Assembly: GCA_964016885.1 (NCBI GenBank)
Contig: OZ024746.1
Span: forward strand, 74,214,001-74,278,000
Source: Eledone cirrhosa
Lineage: Eukaryota
Reading direction: 5' to 3'
DNA: 64,000 nt
The notes beneath the pieces were generated by a model that saw only the letters and a program-made list of their open reading frames with translations, made no database searches and had not been told where the DNA came from. Made by a program: the position numbers and the translations under genes. Below, one piece after another: positions 13,271 to 27,042 of this stretch; position 1 is the stretch's first letter, and each line of letters starts with the position of its first letter.

Positions 13271-13682
13271 TACGATATTAAACAAATGGAAACTATATTT
13301 ATAAAACCATATTTATTTCATTATACATATTTCAGGGATACCATATTAAGAATATGGCATGCCTTCTTCAGATAAAATACAATATATAAGCAGTTTTATA
13401 AATAAATTTGACGTACCATAAAATATTGATCAACTTCCAATATTTTATAGTACGTCAAATTTATTTATAAAACTGCTTATATATTGTATTTTATCTGAAG
13501 AAGGCATGCCATATTTTTAATATGGTATCCCTGAAATATGTATAATGAAATAAATATGGTTTTATAAATATAGTTTCCATTTGTTTAATATCGTATATCT
13601 ACTCCAAAACTTGTTGAGTGCTTTATATCAGTTATAAAATATTTACTCGTTGTAACCCAACAATTTTAAATAAAACTTTTGC
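13271..13682 (+). mobile_element. Hairpin mini-element A (158-bp arms plus ~87-bp tail), PLE-derived
   Basis: Arms 13271-13428 and 13438-13595 with about 2 mismatches, (TA)n flanks, and a homologous copy at 47228-47470 (-). Confidence 0.85.
13488..13550 (+). ncRNA. Minimal type I hammerhead ribozyme motif
   Basis: CTGAAGA (13495-13501), stem II agg-c-atgccatatt/aatatggtat-c-cct, GAAA (13533-13536), TATGTA. It is mirrored on the minus strand in the left arm. Confidence 0.6.
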
Positions 13683-13716
<34 letters not shown>

Positions 13717-13985
13717 GTGTTTGTATGACAGTATGTATATTTCTCTATACGGCTATCTAGTTCTACATTACTTGTCTCCGACTACCTATGTGTATTACTT
13801 ACTACGTTGCTAATACACCTTTTACTTGTAGTTTTCAATCTTTATCACCTCTATTCCCTTCCTAGTTCCATGAACTAATTTTAATTATATTTCAATAAAA
13901 TTTAATGAGAAGAAAGTACGACTTCAATATTTGGACATATTAAAATATACGTACAAACACACAAACACACACACACACACACACA

Positions 13986-14096
<111 letters not shown>

Positions 14097-14103
14097 ATTT
14101 GTA

Positions 14104-14708
14104 TGTCAGGTCACCAGTTGGTGCTACTGGTAACATGTATCCCGGTACAACCTGTCTCATGGTCGGATCATTGGCGACTAAAATGGCAACCCCACCAAGG
14201 TTTCTTGGTGAGGAGGGTGACTTTGGACATCCTGCAGGACTAAAAACAAAACCTGTCAAAGGGAAAAGCTCTTAAGAGTCAATGGCCATCCAAAACCACC
14301 GGGAGAGATGAGCCCTTAGCCTTTGTCAAGGCAGAATTCTAGGAGAAGGAAAACTCTGATATAACACCTGTAACTCTGATGGTATCCAATGATGTTGACT
14401 TGTTCTTCTTTTTGGTAAATATCATCTTAGTTAAGAGAGTGGGACTGGCTTTGTGCAGTGCCTTTGCTCACTATAAAAGCTTCACGGCACAGGCATTGCT
14501 TTATATCTGGAGATCTCTCTGCACTTGTCGTCCCATGGTACCATGGGCCCAGCACTATGTGTCAATAATTGTCACAAGTGTAGTGTTTGTACCAGAGTTT
14601 TCAAGTCGCTGGCTGGACTAAAAAGTCACTCGTTCAGCGCATCAGTAGGGGTCCTCCTACATGGATATAAAGTAGTGGCCGTACTCGAAAACGAGTTGGC
14701 AGCCACCA
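14104..14708 (+). mobile_element. ~600-bp non-autonomous RTE-derived element, copy 1
   Basis: The 5' part has RTE-leader-like aggagaaggaaaactctga. The 3' part encodes CSVCTRVFKSLAGLKSH (C2H2-like RTE C-terminus) and ends in actcgaaaacgagt-ggcagccacc followed by a microsatellite tail. Confidence 0.6.
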
Positions 14709-14739
14709 TATATGTATATATATATATATGTATGTATCA

Positions 14740-15331
14740 TGTCAGGTCACCAGTTGGTGCTACTGGTAAAATGTATCCCAGTACAACCTGTCTCATGATC
14801 GGGTCATTGGCGACTAAAATGGCAACCCCACCAAGGTTTCTTGGTGAGGAGGGTGACTTTGGACATCCTGCAGGACTAAAAACAAAACCTGTCAAAGGGC
14901 AGAGGAGCTCTTAAGAGTCAATGGCCATCCAAAATCACTGGGAGAGATGACCCCTTAGCCTTTGTCAAGGCAGAATTCTAGGAGAAGGAATACTCTGATA
15001 TAACACCTGCAATCCTGATGGTATCCAATGATGTTGACTTGTTCTTCTTTTTGGTAAATATCATCTTGGTTAAGAGAGTGGGACTGGCTTTGTGCAGTCC
15101 CTTTGCTCACTATAAAAGCTTCACGGCACAGGCATTGCTTTATATCTGGAGATCTCTCTGCACTTGTCGTCACATGGTACCATGGGCCCAGCACTATGTG
15201 TCAATAATTGTCGCAGATGCAGTGTTTGTACCAGAGTTTTCAAGTCGCTGGCTGGACTAAAAAGTCACACTCGTTCAGCGCATCAGTGGATATGAAGAAG
15301 TGGCCGTACTTGAAAACGAGTTGGCAGCCAC
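14740..15331 (+). mobile_element. ~600-bp non-autonomous RTE-derived element, copy 2 (tandem)
   Basis: Near-identical to 14104-14708 with scattered substitutions and a short deletion near the 3' end. Confidence 0.6.
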
Positions 15332-15343
15332 GATGTATGTATG

Positions 15344-15432
<89 letters not shown>

Positions 15433-15434
15433 TC

Positions 15435-15480
<46 letters not shown>

Positions 15481-15487
15481 TGTGATA

Positions 15488-15522
<35 letters not shown>

Positions 15523-16420
15523 CACATGTATATAATAGGAAGAGTGGAATATGGGAAAATGCATTTGAAAGAATATTTATGAGAGAGAAAGAACGAGAGA
15601 GAGGGAGGGCGTACTTGAGACGCGAGTGAAAAAAAAGGGTAATGAAGACATGAGGAAACGTGTGTAGTGAATAAGCCGGAATTTACCAATTTGAGTCATT
15701 AATTGGAAGGAAAGAGAACAATTCCGCGTTTATTTATCAATTTAAGTGATAAATTTCCAGGAATAATGTCACGTTCAATAAAACACTTACATTCCTGAAT
15801 TGCTGCTATTTATCAAGCGAATATCTAAAGATAAAAAGATTTAGCGATAGTTATAAAGATAGAAACGCAGAGAGAGAATCGTAGAGAGGGGGAGAGAGAG
15901 GAAGGTAGGGAGTGTGTTTGAGAGAGTGGGTGAAAGAGAAAGAGAGAGAGAAACAGAGAGAGAGAGAACGAGAGAGTGAGGAAGAAAACCAGAACTAGAA
16001 AGAGAGTTGAAATAAATTAATTAATAAAATAAATAAACAAATAAATATATAATTTTTTCGTAATGTTTCTGTCGCAATCGGTTGCTAGGTGAAGCCTTTA
16101 TTTGTCTCACATCAATCCCTGATCTCGGAAGCTCAATATATCGCCCATGTTTCTGGCATTGCTGGTGATTGGAGAAAATTGGGCAATGCCTATTAAGTCA
16201 GGATTCCAAGGTTTTTGATGAAAGACGTAAGGCGTTTAGGGAGATCATGCCTACCTCCCCAATGACGATTGGCACGACTTCTGTCTCTACCTGGTACTCA
16301 GATCAAATAGCGCATGAAAGACCTGTCTACTTATTTGATGATGATGATGATGATAATAGTAATAAAAACTGTGCGGTTGTGGTGAAAATATTCAGGTAAC
16401 AAGATCGAGATAATAATAAT

Positions 16421-16548
16421 AATTGTTTCTTCTTTAGGCACAAGGCCAGCAATTATCCAAGTGCATTACTAGTACTTTATTTTACCGACCCCGTAAGGAT
16501 GAACAGCAAAGTTAAGCTCGGCGGGATTTGACCTCAGATCGTAAATGG
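16421..16548 (-). mobile_element. 5'-truncated Deu/Nin-like SINE
   Basis: Matches the reverse complement of the SINE 3' half; (AAT)n tail to the left. Confidence 0.8.
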
Positions 16549-16859
16549 CAAAATGATAATCATTTCTTTTATTTGTCACAACGGCCCGAGTCCTTTGGGA
16601 TAATACAAGGAATATACAACACAGAATGAAATTTATATGAAATAAATGAAAGGAAACATCACTCAAATGAAAACAGGAGGCATAACAAAAACAGAAACTT
16701 TTACAAAATAGTCATGATAACTATAGGAAACCATGATGAATGTCAATTAGATAGTAGTCCACCCTACTAAAAAATGGGAGACAGGAGTTTATGTTAATTT
16801 TTGGGAACACCGGCCACAAACCATTGATTTCTCTGTCGCCACAAGAGCATTGAATCAAC

Positions 16860-17400
16860 CCTCTCTCTACTTTTTTTTATCGAAGAAGTTTTATGATTGT
16901 TGGGATGCATGGTTCAGCAAGGTTATGATTGGAGAATTTTGTTCGAATGTTTATTTCGTTGCGCTTGAATTCAAAGAAAATTTGGGAGGAAATTCGCGGC
17001 TATTTCTAGTTTACAACAGAATAATGCAGCACGAGACGTTTGTAATTTAATAATATTTAAGTTATTTTGTTTATCTTATCTTTAATTTAATTGTAGTTAC
17101 TGTAAGTATTCATTTATTTATATATATGAACTTCGGGTAGCCGTGTCGCTTACGTGGCATGTAGGTTTTTTTGACATCTTACTTGCTGGAAAAAATATGA
17201 AACAGAGAGGGGCAAATTGTTGGGAGTGGAATGTAATTGGATTAACTTCCTTGTCTTCGGCCAGGTCCACCTGATATACTTGTCTAAACATTTCCTTACT
17301 GTATATAGAAAAGAGAACACAGAATAATCCGTGCTGCTTAGACATGCAGAAGTTCCGAGGGTGATGTGTTATTTTATACGTTTAGTGTGATTAGTGAAGC
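16860..17400 (-). mobile_element. Highly degenerate retroelement remnant, possibly Penelope-like
   Basis: Minus-strand fragments such as SKEMFRQVYQ, GYPKFIY and EFPPKFSL weakly resemble PLE RT C-terminal segments; many stops. Confidence 0.3.
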
Positions 17401-18161
17401 CTCTCTTATATTATGTTTTAATCATTTAATATTTTGTTTTGTTTGTATTTTAATCTTATTTTAGTTGGTTTAAACTCCTGTTTTAATGTTTACCAGTTCG
17501 GTATATTAAATCGTTTGTTAGGGTTAGCTAGTTTATATTTCTTGTTAGTTTCTAATTTTTAGTTTTATTTAATATTTAATATTTTATGTTGTTTAGGTTT
17601 CACGTTAATCTTGTGTACTTCTGTTTGTTTTAGTTTTTAACAGTTATTCAATTGTTTGAAGGGTTGGTTTTGTTGTGGTTTACTATGAATTTGTTCAGTG
17701 TAAAGAGTGTTTTCGTTAACTTTAAGAATATTACACCTTGCGCCATTCTTTTTCCTATTTATTGTTACAATTTCTTAAAAGTCTCTGTCACTAAAGATTG
17801 CTTTCTCTATTAAGAGAGGACAAAACAAAAATAGCGGCAATTAGACAATATTCTATGAAAAAAAAAAAAGAAAATTAGCAAATATTATAGAGATAAAGAG
17901 AAATATATACCCAGAAAGAAAATGAAATAATGAAAAGAATTTTCGAACAAAAATGAGAGAATGCTCGGCAAAAAGGAGATTATGTGTAAGGAAATAAAAG
18001 TCAACGGAAGAGCACACAAGAAATACGTAATGTTGACGTGTTTACACGTGTATATACTCAATCAGTACATTGGTAGACACACTTACGATTTAACTCTGTA
18101 CGATATAAATTTAACATATACATCGGCTATTTAGTGCTCAATATAGTATACATATATACAT

Positions 18162-18192
<31 letters not shown>

Positions 18193-18239
18193 CATATATC
18201 ATATATATATATATGTCTGTATATATATATATGTATATA

Positions 18240-18328
<89 letters not shown>

Positions 18329-18692
18329 CTCTGTGTGTGTGTACAGAAATATAGTCACGCATATATATACAATCATAATCTCAATGCAAAGCAATACATA
18401 CTAAAGAGAGTATATAAGAAACCTGAATAGATAAAGAAAGAGAGAAAGAAATATAAATATCGATATCGATTATTAGCGAGATTGTAATCAGGAGTGAAAC
18501 TGGTGCTAATCTGTCAGATCTTTGGATTAGTAATGAATATGTCGATATGGAATTTGGGGATACGATAGGTTGGGTGTGAGACAGAAAATGGGACGGGTGG
18601 GGAAGACTGGGTGAGAAAAACATTTTGAGTGAGTATTAGGTAAAATGGGTGTGAGGTTGAGAGAGGAAGAGAGAAGGAGAATGTGTGTGCGT

Positions 18693-18767
<75 letters not shown>

Positions 18768-18771
<4 letters not shown>

Positions 18772-19042
18772 AATAGACTTAGTGGGTGTGTGTGAGAGAG
18801 ATAGAGAGGCAGACAAATAGACAGAATGGATGAGGAGAGAGAGAGGGAGAGAGAGAGAGAAAGAGACCAATAGACTTAGTGGGTGTGTGTGAGAGAGATA
18901 GAGAGGCAGACAAATAGACAGAATGGATGAGGAGAGAGAGAGGGAGAGAGAGAGAGAGAGAGAGACCAATAGACTTAGTGGGTGTGTGTGAGAGAGATAG
19001 AGAGGCAGACAAATAGACAGAATGGATGAGGAGAAAGAGAGA

Positions 19043-19096
<54 letters not shown>

Positions 19097-19175
19097 TAGA
19101 GAGAGAGAGACCAATAGACAGAGTGCGTGTGTGAGAGATAGAGAGGCAGACACATAGATAGAATGGATGAGGAGA
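18768..19175. repeat. Tandem repeat, four ~100-bp units each ending in (GA)n
   Basis: gaccaatagacttagtgggtgtgtgtgagagagatagagaggcagacaaatagacagaatggatgaggag starts at 18768, 18865, 18964 and 19109. Confidence 0.9.
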
Positions 19176-19470
19176 GAGTGAGGGGGAGAGAGAGAGGTGG
19201 AGAGAGAGAGAGAGAGAGAGGCAGAAAAAGTGCACATGAGAAAAACTTAAGACAGACTGTTAATGAAGAGAGTGAAGAAAATGTTGTGGTGTAGTGTGTG
19301 TGAGAGAAAGGAGAAACTATTTTTGGTTGTTAAAATGAGAATGATATGTGGAGATAGGCAGATCTATACAGACGTAAAAATCAAGAAAATCAATTTGTTT
19401 GAGAGAGAGGAGGTGATTTAGATTGAAAGAACAGGGGAGAGAGAGAGAGGAAAGAAATGATGAGAGGGAG

Positions 19471-19527
<57 letters not shown>

Positions 19528-19891
19528 GAGATAAATGCACAATGATAAGGCTTTAGATGGGAAAATGGACAGAGTTCCAATATTGTGGTAGTGTGTAAAA
19601 TAGAACTAGAAAACCTGACATTTCTACAATGAGAAAGTAAAAGTGATAGACAAACAAAGAGATACGTTGATAAATGGATGATGAGAGGAGAGAAAGTGTG
19701 TGTGTGTGTGGGTATGTGTGTGTAGTGTGCGTCAAACTGAGGCGAATAGGAAGCAAGCCCAACCAGATTAATGACAGGGCTGAGAAAACATATCCGAGGA
19801 AGGTTCTGTAAGGTAAATACTAATACGGTAGTACTTCACACGTGTTATACAGAAAGTTAAATAACTTATGACTGAGATTATGCATGTAGTA

Positions 19892-20790
19892 GTCTTCTTC
19901 TTCTTCTTCTTCTTCTTCTTCTTCTTCTTCTTCTTCTTCTCCTCCTCCTCCTCCTCCTCCTCCTCCTCCTCCTCCTCCTCCTCATCCCTGGGAGTATCGG
20001 GAGCCAGAGTCTTCGATTACGCCTTCCATCCGGTCCTGTCAGAAGTAACCGTCTTCAATTGATCCGGCTTGATCCTCAAATGAGACCAGCTGAGTGTCTT
20101 GCCAGTTGGTTTTGCCCGTAAAATCTGTCCATAAATTATTCAGCCTCATGCTCTATTATTCTTGGGGTGGTCAAAGGAGCATCCTCTTCATGCACACCTT
20201 CCAGTGAGTCCGATCCAAAGCAACTCCAATTGATCCGGCTGGAACCCCAAGCCAGACCATCCAAACTTATAGATATTATCCAACCACCGTGCTCAGGATC
20301 TGCTCTTTCTCTCCTGCCGATTAAATCTGTCTAGCGATTCTTTCCTGAAGCATTCTCACGACACGACCATAGTATGCTATGATGTCTCAATTCGGAGAAG
20401 CAGCAGCTCTACCTGGAGCAAAACTCTGATATCCGAACTACGCGCTCTATCGCGTAGCATTACTCGAAAGACCTATTTTAAAAAAAAACCCATTTCGGAC
20501 GTTTGTATGCGCGATCGTATACTTTCTACCATTACACAAGACTCATGACCATAAGTAAGGGTTGGTATGAATAACAAACCGAAGATAGCGATTTTGGCTC
20601 TAACACCGTCCTCCTCTCTCTGATTACCGAATGCTGAAGCTGGTGAATTGCTGCGTCAGCTCCTGAAATTCTTGTAATGAATACAGCCTCCTATTTTCCA
20701 TCACTCATAAACACGGCCGCAACAAACTTGAACCTCTCCACTTGCTTCAGTGGAACATCACTCACATCTTGAGTGTACCGCGTCTGTAGA
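19892..20790 (-). mobile_element. RTE-clade LINE 3' portion with duplicated 3' end and (GAG)n(AAG)n tail
   Basis: The minus strand encodes FIPTLTYGHE (~20542-20572), IRSRIQTSEMGF and SSDIRVLLQVELLLLRIE. Same family as 4795-5100. Confidence 0.8.
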
Positions 20791-20929
20791 GAATATCTAC
20801 TTCTAGCGGTGTGCCAGTTATAGAAGTATAGTCACAAAATGAATCTCAATTGAGCAGACAAAGAATTTACATATATGTTACAAAAAATAAAAAAATAGAA
20901 TAAAAATAAAATAACATATTCTCAACTAA

Positions 20930-21500
20930 CAAACTATCAGTGACTCCACATTAAAGAACACCTCAACACACACGCATCCTCATTAAAAAAAACTCATTGA
21001 CAAATGCAGAAACATCAACAAAAATATAACAGGGAATACTGAAGGCAGAGAGGGAAATGTGGGCAATTTAAGAATAAAGGAAGCCTGGCTCATGCTTTGA
21101 CTCAATCCACAAATCAATAACAGATTAAAACTCAGCTCATAATACTTGACATAAAGTGACGCACCCAGACGCACACACACGCAACCTAAACAACATCTCA
21201 TGCAAGAAAATTGATTCCATGAAATATTACATCAGCAATTGACGTCATCCTCCATAACAAAGCAAATATCAAACAACGCTTGAAAGCGGTTTATAAAATT
21301 CAAATCTAAGTTCAATTCCAAAGAACAGAAACCGGAACATGTTTTTCTGAGAGTTCCTTATACCCTGAAGAAGGGAATTTTAAGTCCCGAAATATTAGGA
21401 CGAAAGAAATAGCAGCAACAAAAAACAAAACAAAAACAAAGATTACCAGTTAACTAAGTTTTTGGTTACGTTCATCTTAGCGTTATATCAATTTCCAGAT
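20930..21500 (+). mobile_element. Penelope-like element 3' end: GIY-YIG endonuclease C-terminal remnant plus pLTR
   Basis: LHIKEHLNTHASS...C...NLRIKEAWLML*LNPQINNR is a typical PLE GIY-YIG tail, followed by a hammerhead motif. Confidence 0.7.
21360..21402 (+). ncRNA. Minimal hammerhead ribozyme motif
   Basis: cc-CTGAAGA (21365-21371)-a-GGGA-attttaag-TCCC-GAAA (21389-21392) with palindromic AATATT, A, then gg pairing back to cc. Confidence 0.6.
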
Positions 21501-21505
21501 TATAT

Positions 21506-21563
21506 AATTGTTTCTTCTTTTGGCAAAAGGCCAGCAATTATCCCAGTGCAATACTGGTACTTT
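21506..21563 (-). mobile_element. 3' fragment of Deu/Nin-like SINE
   Basis: ggcaaaaggccagcaattatcccagtgcaatactggtacttta, cut off by (TA)n. Confidence 0.7.
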
Positions 21564-21565
21564 AT

Positions 21566-22042
<477 letters not shown>

Positions 22043-22607
22043 TAGATATATACATTTATTCTCTATGAAAAACATAAACAAATAATTTCGCTGTTATATA
22101 AGTGAAATGCCAAAAAATATTTACATAATCGGTTATTATATAATCTAAGTTAAAACTGTACAAACTTAACGTCGGCTTCATCAATTTCTTCAGACAAGGA
22201 AGACTTGCAAAGGTTATGGCTAATTGCCAAACTTCTATGACTGACGTATTGAACTTCTATTTCTAAATAGAAAATGTGTCAGTTATACAAACAATTGGAT
22301 AACTTTACAATCAACATATCTGACAGTTACACACCACTTACACCAACAACAATAACAAAATTCATATAAAAGTGTTTTAAATAATTATGCAAATAATTTA
22401 ATAATAATCAATGATAGACAATTGACCATTTCCATAAATATTGTATGTTCTCTCTCTCTCTATCTACCTGTCTATTTACCTATCTAACTATGCCCTTACA
22501 CATATATGCATAGATACATACTCACACACGCACACATATATGTATGTGTCAGTATGCGCGCACATATACATGTGTGTGTGCTTATATGTATATTTATATA
22601 ACACACA

Positions 22608-22652
<45 letters not shown>

Positions 22653-22716
22653 TTATATATATACAGAGAGAGAGAGATAGGGAGAGAGGGAGAGAGAGAT
22701 AGAGAAAGAGATAGAA

Positions 22717-22770
<54 letters not shown>

Positions 22771-23542
22771 TTACGAGGCAGATTTCTATAGGAATGTGGT
22801 AAATATAATTATTTCAAATGATGGAAAAGCACAAGCAATGCACAAGCAAATTAAAATAATGTTCAGTCTAATGAGACTATCATTAGTAAATATAAGATAT
22901 ATTTTGTTTCGTTTCGGTTAACAGTTGAAATTTGAAGAAGCATAAGCTTTTGTTGAAGTTATATAAAAGTTGTTGATCAGATCATAGACCATATTTTCTT
23001 TCTTGAATCCCCAGAAATTGAAAGATAGAGAACCTTCATGTTGCAGAAAAGCTTTGATTAACAACGAGACAAAACTTGGGTGAAGCAACAAAGCAGGGAA
23101 CGACAGCGTCAGTCAATAAGGATTATGCACAAACCACTTGGCATACTGAATGAAGAGATAGATAACTTATATATACACTCTCGGGTCCCAAATAATAGGG
23201 TTTTGGAATAAGCGGGTGGTGGTGAATAAGCGAGGGTGGAGGGTGGAAAAGCCTGAAAAATTAATAAGCGGTGGGGGTGAGGGTTGAGTGTGTGTGTGTG
23301 TGGGGGGGGGGAGCAATTATTCAAGATCTGAGAGTATATAAATATATATTGTTTCCTCGTTCCTTTCTTTTTATTAATAGTGACAATTCATTTGGTGCAA
23401 AAACATATACTTATATGCGCATATATATATATATGTACATATATGTAAGCGTACATGTATGTATATATATACATATGTATATATCTATATATATGCATAC
23501 GTTTATGTGGATATATTTCATCCACAATATCATTTGTAATCA

Positions 23543-23578
<36 letters not shown>

Positions 23579-24134
23579 TTGTGTGTGTGTATTTGTATGT
23601 ATGTATGTGCATATGTAAGTATGCATGTATGCTTGCGTGCATGTGTGTGTGTATGTGTGTATGTATGTGCGTGTGTACGAAATGGTTATAGAAACCTACA
23701 TAGGAAATTTAATATACTGGAAAGTCTTAATCAATGCATTGAATATTTATGTTGGTCTAAGAAAGATTATTATCGATGTAGAAGTTGAAATGAGTAGTAT
23801 ATAAAGGGAAATTAATGGGTCAGAAATTAAAATCAATGTCAAACGATCTTCAACAGAATCATTTGAATTGTGCATGGGGTCAATACTTATAACTGTTCGT
23901 CATTACAACCAGGCGTAGTCCAACAAATAGCTTCTCAATCCATTTCATTTTATATTGTTATTTGTTAAGCACGCCTTGGCGTTACCTATTAAAAGGGTCC
24001 AGTCTTTCTGTGTTTTTTTTTGTGTATCGTAGTTGATATTATTAGTTATATATGATTATTATTTAATCTTATACTAATCTGTATTGCATCGTTTCTCTTA
24101 AGATACTTATTTTCGTTCTATACAATATTTTCAT

Positions 24135-24240
24135 TGTTACACTCTTGAAGTAGGTCATTTAGTCTCCACATACTTAGTTCCGCGGGCCTACCATTTTTCG
24201 AAGCATATCTGGAAAGATTCGTCAGTAATGGCTCTCAACA
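24135..24240 (-). pseudogene. Mariner transposase C-terminal remnant
   Basis: The minus strand reads LRAITDESFQICFEKW*ARGTKYVETK..YFK, like the mariner end LxxIxxxxFQxCFxxWxxRWxKCVxxxGxYFE. Confidence 0.55.
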
Positions 24241-24729
24241 TGGTATGTGTTCTAAGCTAGTTTCAATCTAAGCTATGCTGAAGTAGAAGGAAGTGTGGTA
24301 GTAAGTCTGTCACGTTTACCAATGAATATTGAGTTCTAGTCTGTTGTTGATTTTGACTGCAATAGTATCTCGGATTCATTCACCACTTCCAGCTTTAAAG
24401 TTAACTACCACGTTCAGATTTTAAAATGTCAGCATAAAAACAACACAAGGTGTCCTGCTCCAAATTAATTTCTCCAAAAGACCTTTTGGTGAAGGGATTT
24501 TAACCGGAAATATTGAAGGAATAAGTAAAGCACATCAAGGTAGCATTAAAAAAACATTGTATTGTTATCATTACTTTATGTTTAATGCCCAATTTGCATT
24601 GCTGTAGTTCTATCAAAAATACAGTTTCCTACAGTTTCCCGAATACTTAAAGGAAATTGAAACAGCTTCTTATAGATGAGGAAGAAACGTAATACATGTA
24701 TGAGAACTTATTTACAGTTTTAGGGAGAA

Positions 24730-24900
24730 GTGAAAGTTGATAAAATCAACCCAAGTAAATGAAGAATACATTATGTTATGAAAACCGAACGAAAAACAGC
24801 AAAATTGATCGCGTGAGGGATGTGAACGGAGATTGTAAAGAACCGGAAAATTTGCTGCAAAGCATTTTGTCAGAAGTCGTAACGGTTCTGCCAATCTACT
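24730..24900 (-). mobile_element. Old diverged SINE (Deu/Nin-like superfamily)
   Basis: ctgcaaagcattttgtc...taacggttctgccaatc head and a diverged central domain. Confidence 0.5.
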
Positions 24901-25285
24901 TTCCAAATAATTATATATAATATAAACAGACATCTATTCATACAAACATGCATACATACACTGACAGATACATTCACCAATTCATTTATATTACACATAA
25001 ACGTACAAATCTATCTATCCATTCAGCCATACATACGTACGCACTTACCTAGACTCATATATATGTATACATATATGATGTATATATACATATATATATA
25101 TAATATATACATATGAATATATATGTATATATACATATATATATATATGTATATACATAGAATTTATATATATATAAATTATATATATATACAAATATAT
25201 ATGTGCATATATATATATACATATATATATATACACACATATATATGTATATATATATATATGTGTGTGTCTGTGTGTGTGTGTC

Positions 25286-25319
<34 letters not shown>

Positions 25320-25474
25320 TGTATTTAAGCGTTCGTTCCACATTGAGATGTAAATTTACTGAATACGGATGAATGGTTATTGTCAAGACACTTCAAAAAA
25401 ATAATGATAAAATTTGTGTGACGATATATATGTATAATATAGAATATAAATATAATATAATATAATATAATATA

Positions 25475-25506
<32 letters not shown>

Positions 25507-25627
25507 ATAGTAATAATAATAATAATAAAATTAATAATAATCTGATATTTTAATAGATATATATACGGAGAGATAGACAGACACAAACTCACCTAATGTA
25601 TGCGTGTGCTTGTTTTTGTGCTTGTCT

Positions 25628-25679
<52 letters not shown>

Positions 25680-26040
25680 TTATATATAGATGTATTGATA
25701 GACAGTTAGACAGAGAAAGAAAGTAAGCCAGTCAAAGACTGAGAATGAGTATGTAAGGATACGAGGTTGAGAAAAAAAAAGAGAGGGAGACATCGTATGG
25801 GGAGACAGAAAGAAAACAGCCTGAAAAAAAAAATAAAATGTGAAATCTGGAAAACAATCAAGCAAACGGATATCAAATAAAGAACATCAAAAACAAACAA
25901 AGCACAAAACAACAAACATCAAATTAACTACGCATACGTATACATGATAAAAACTGATTCACAAGCACACATGCACACATAAACACACTTGTGTATATAT
26001 ATACATGCACACATAAACACACTTGTGTACATATATATAT

Positions 26041-26086
26041 ATAGAGACGGCAGATAAGTTAGATAGGTGCGTGTATATATACATAT

Positions 26087-26152
<66 letters not shown>

Positions 26153-26277
26153 GTGTGTGTGTATGTATGTATGTATGTATATATACACGCACCTATCTAA
26201 CTTATCTGCCGTCTCTATATATATATGTATGTATGTATAAATATATATATATATGTATATATATATGTATGTACGTA

Positions 26278-26325
<48 letters not shown>

Positions 26326-26345
26326 TATATTTATATACATATATG

Positions 26346-26419
<74 letters not shown>

Positions 26420-26464
26420 TGTATATATACACGCACCTATCTATCTTATCTGCCGTCTCTATAT
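26041..26464. repeat. ~35-bp unique module in one inverted and two direct copies within microsatellite
   Basis: agagacggcagataagttagataggtgcgtgt at 26041-26080; reverse complement at 26181-26220 and 26425-26464. Confidence 0.85.
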
Positions 26465-26623
26465 ATATGTATGTATGTATGTATAAATATATATATATAT
26501 ATGTAGATATATATGTATGTACGTATATACATATATATATATATACACACATAGATTTATATACATATACGTATATATAAATATATATATGTATATACAT
26601 ATATGTATATATACATATGTATA

Positions 26624-26723
<100 letters not shown>

Positions 26724-26795
26724 GCTAATAACACCATGTACCATTTACTCCTGCGTTTGTTTGTTTATTTGTTATTTAGAACTATATATATATAC

Positions 26796-26877
<82 letters not shown>

Positions 26878-26941
26878 CATGCATACATACAGAATAGAAT
26901 TAGTAGAAATAGTGGAAAATTATTAATAATGGAAGTGGAAA

Positions 26942-27042
<101 letters not shown>

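Noticed and set aside
14570-14640. Host C2H2 zinc-finger gene exon
   Set aside because: A single incomplete finger inside a duplicated RTE-derived element.
16560-16800. Possible Tx1/L1 3' UTR on the minus strand
   Set aside because: Only a recalled resemblance and an AATAAA-like end; not verifiable within the window.
18768-19175. CRISPR-like repeat-spacer array
   Set aside because: The spacers are only (GA)n, the context is eukaryotic and there are no cas genes; this is an ordinary tandem repeat.
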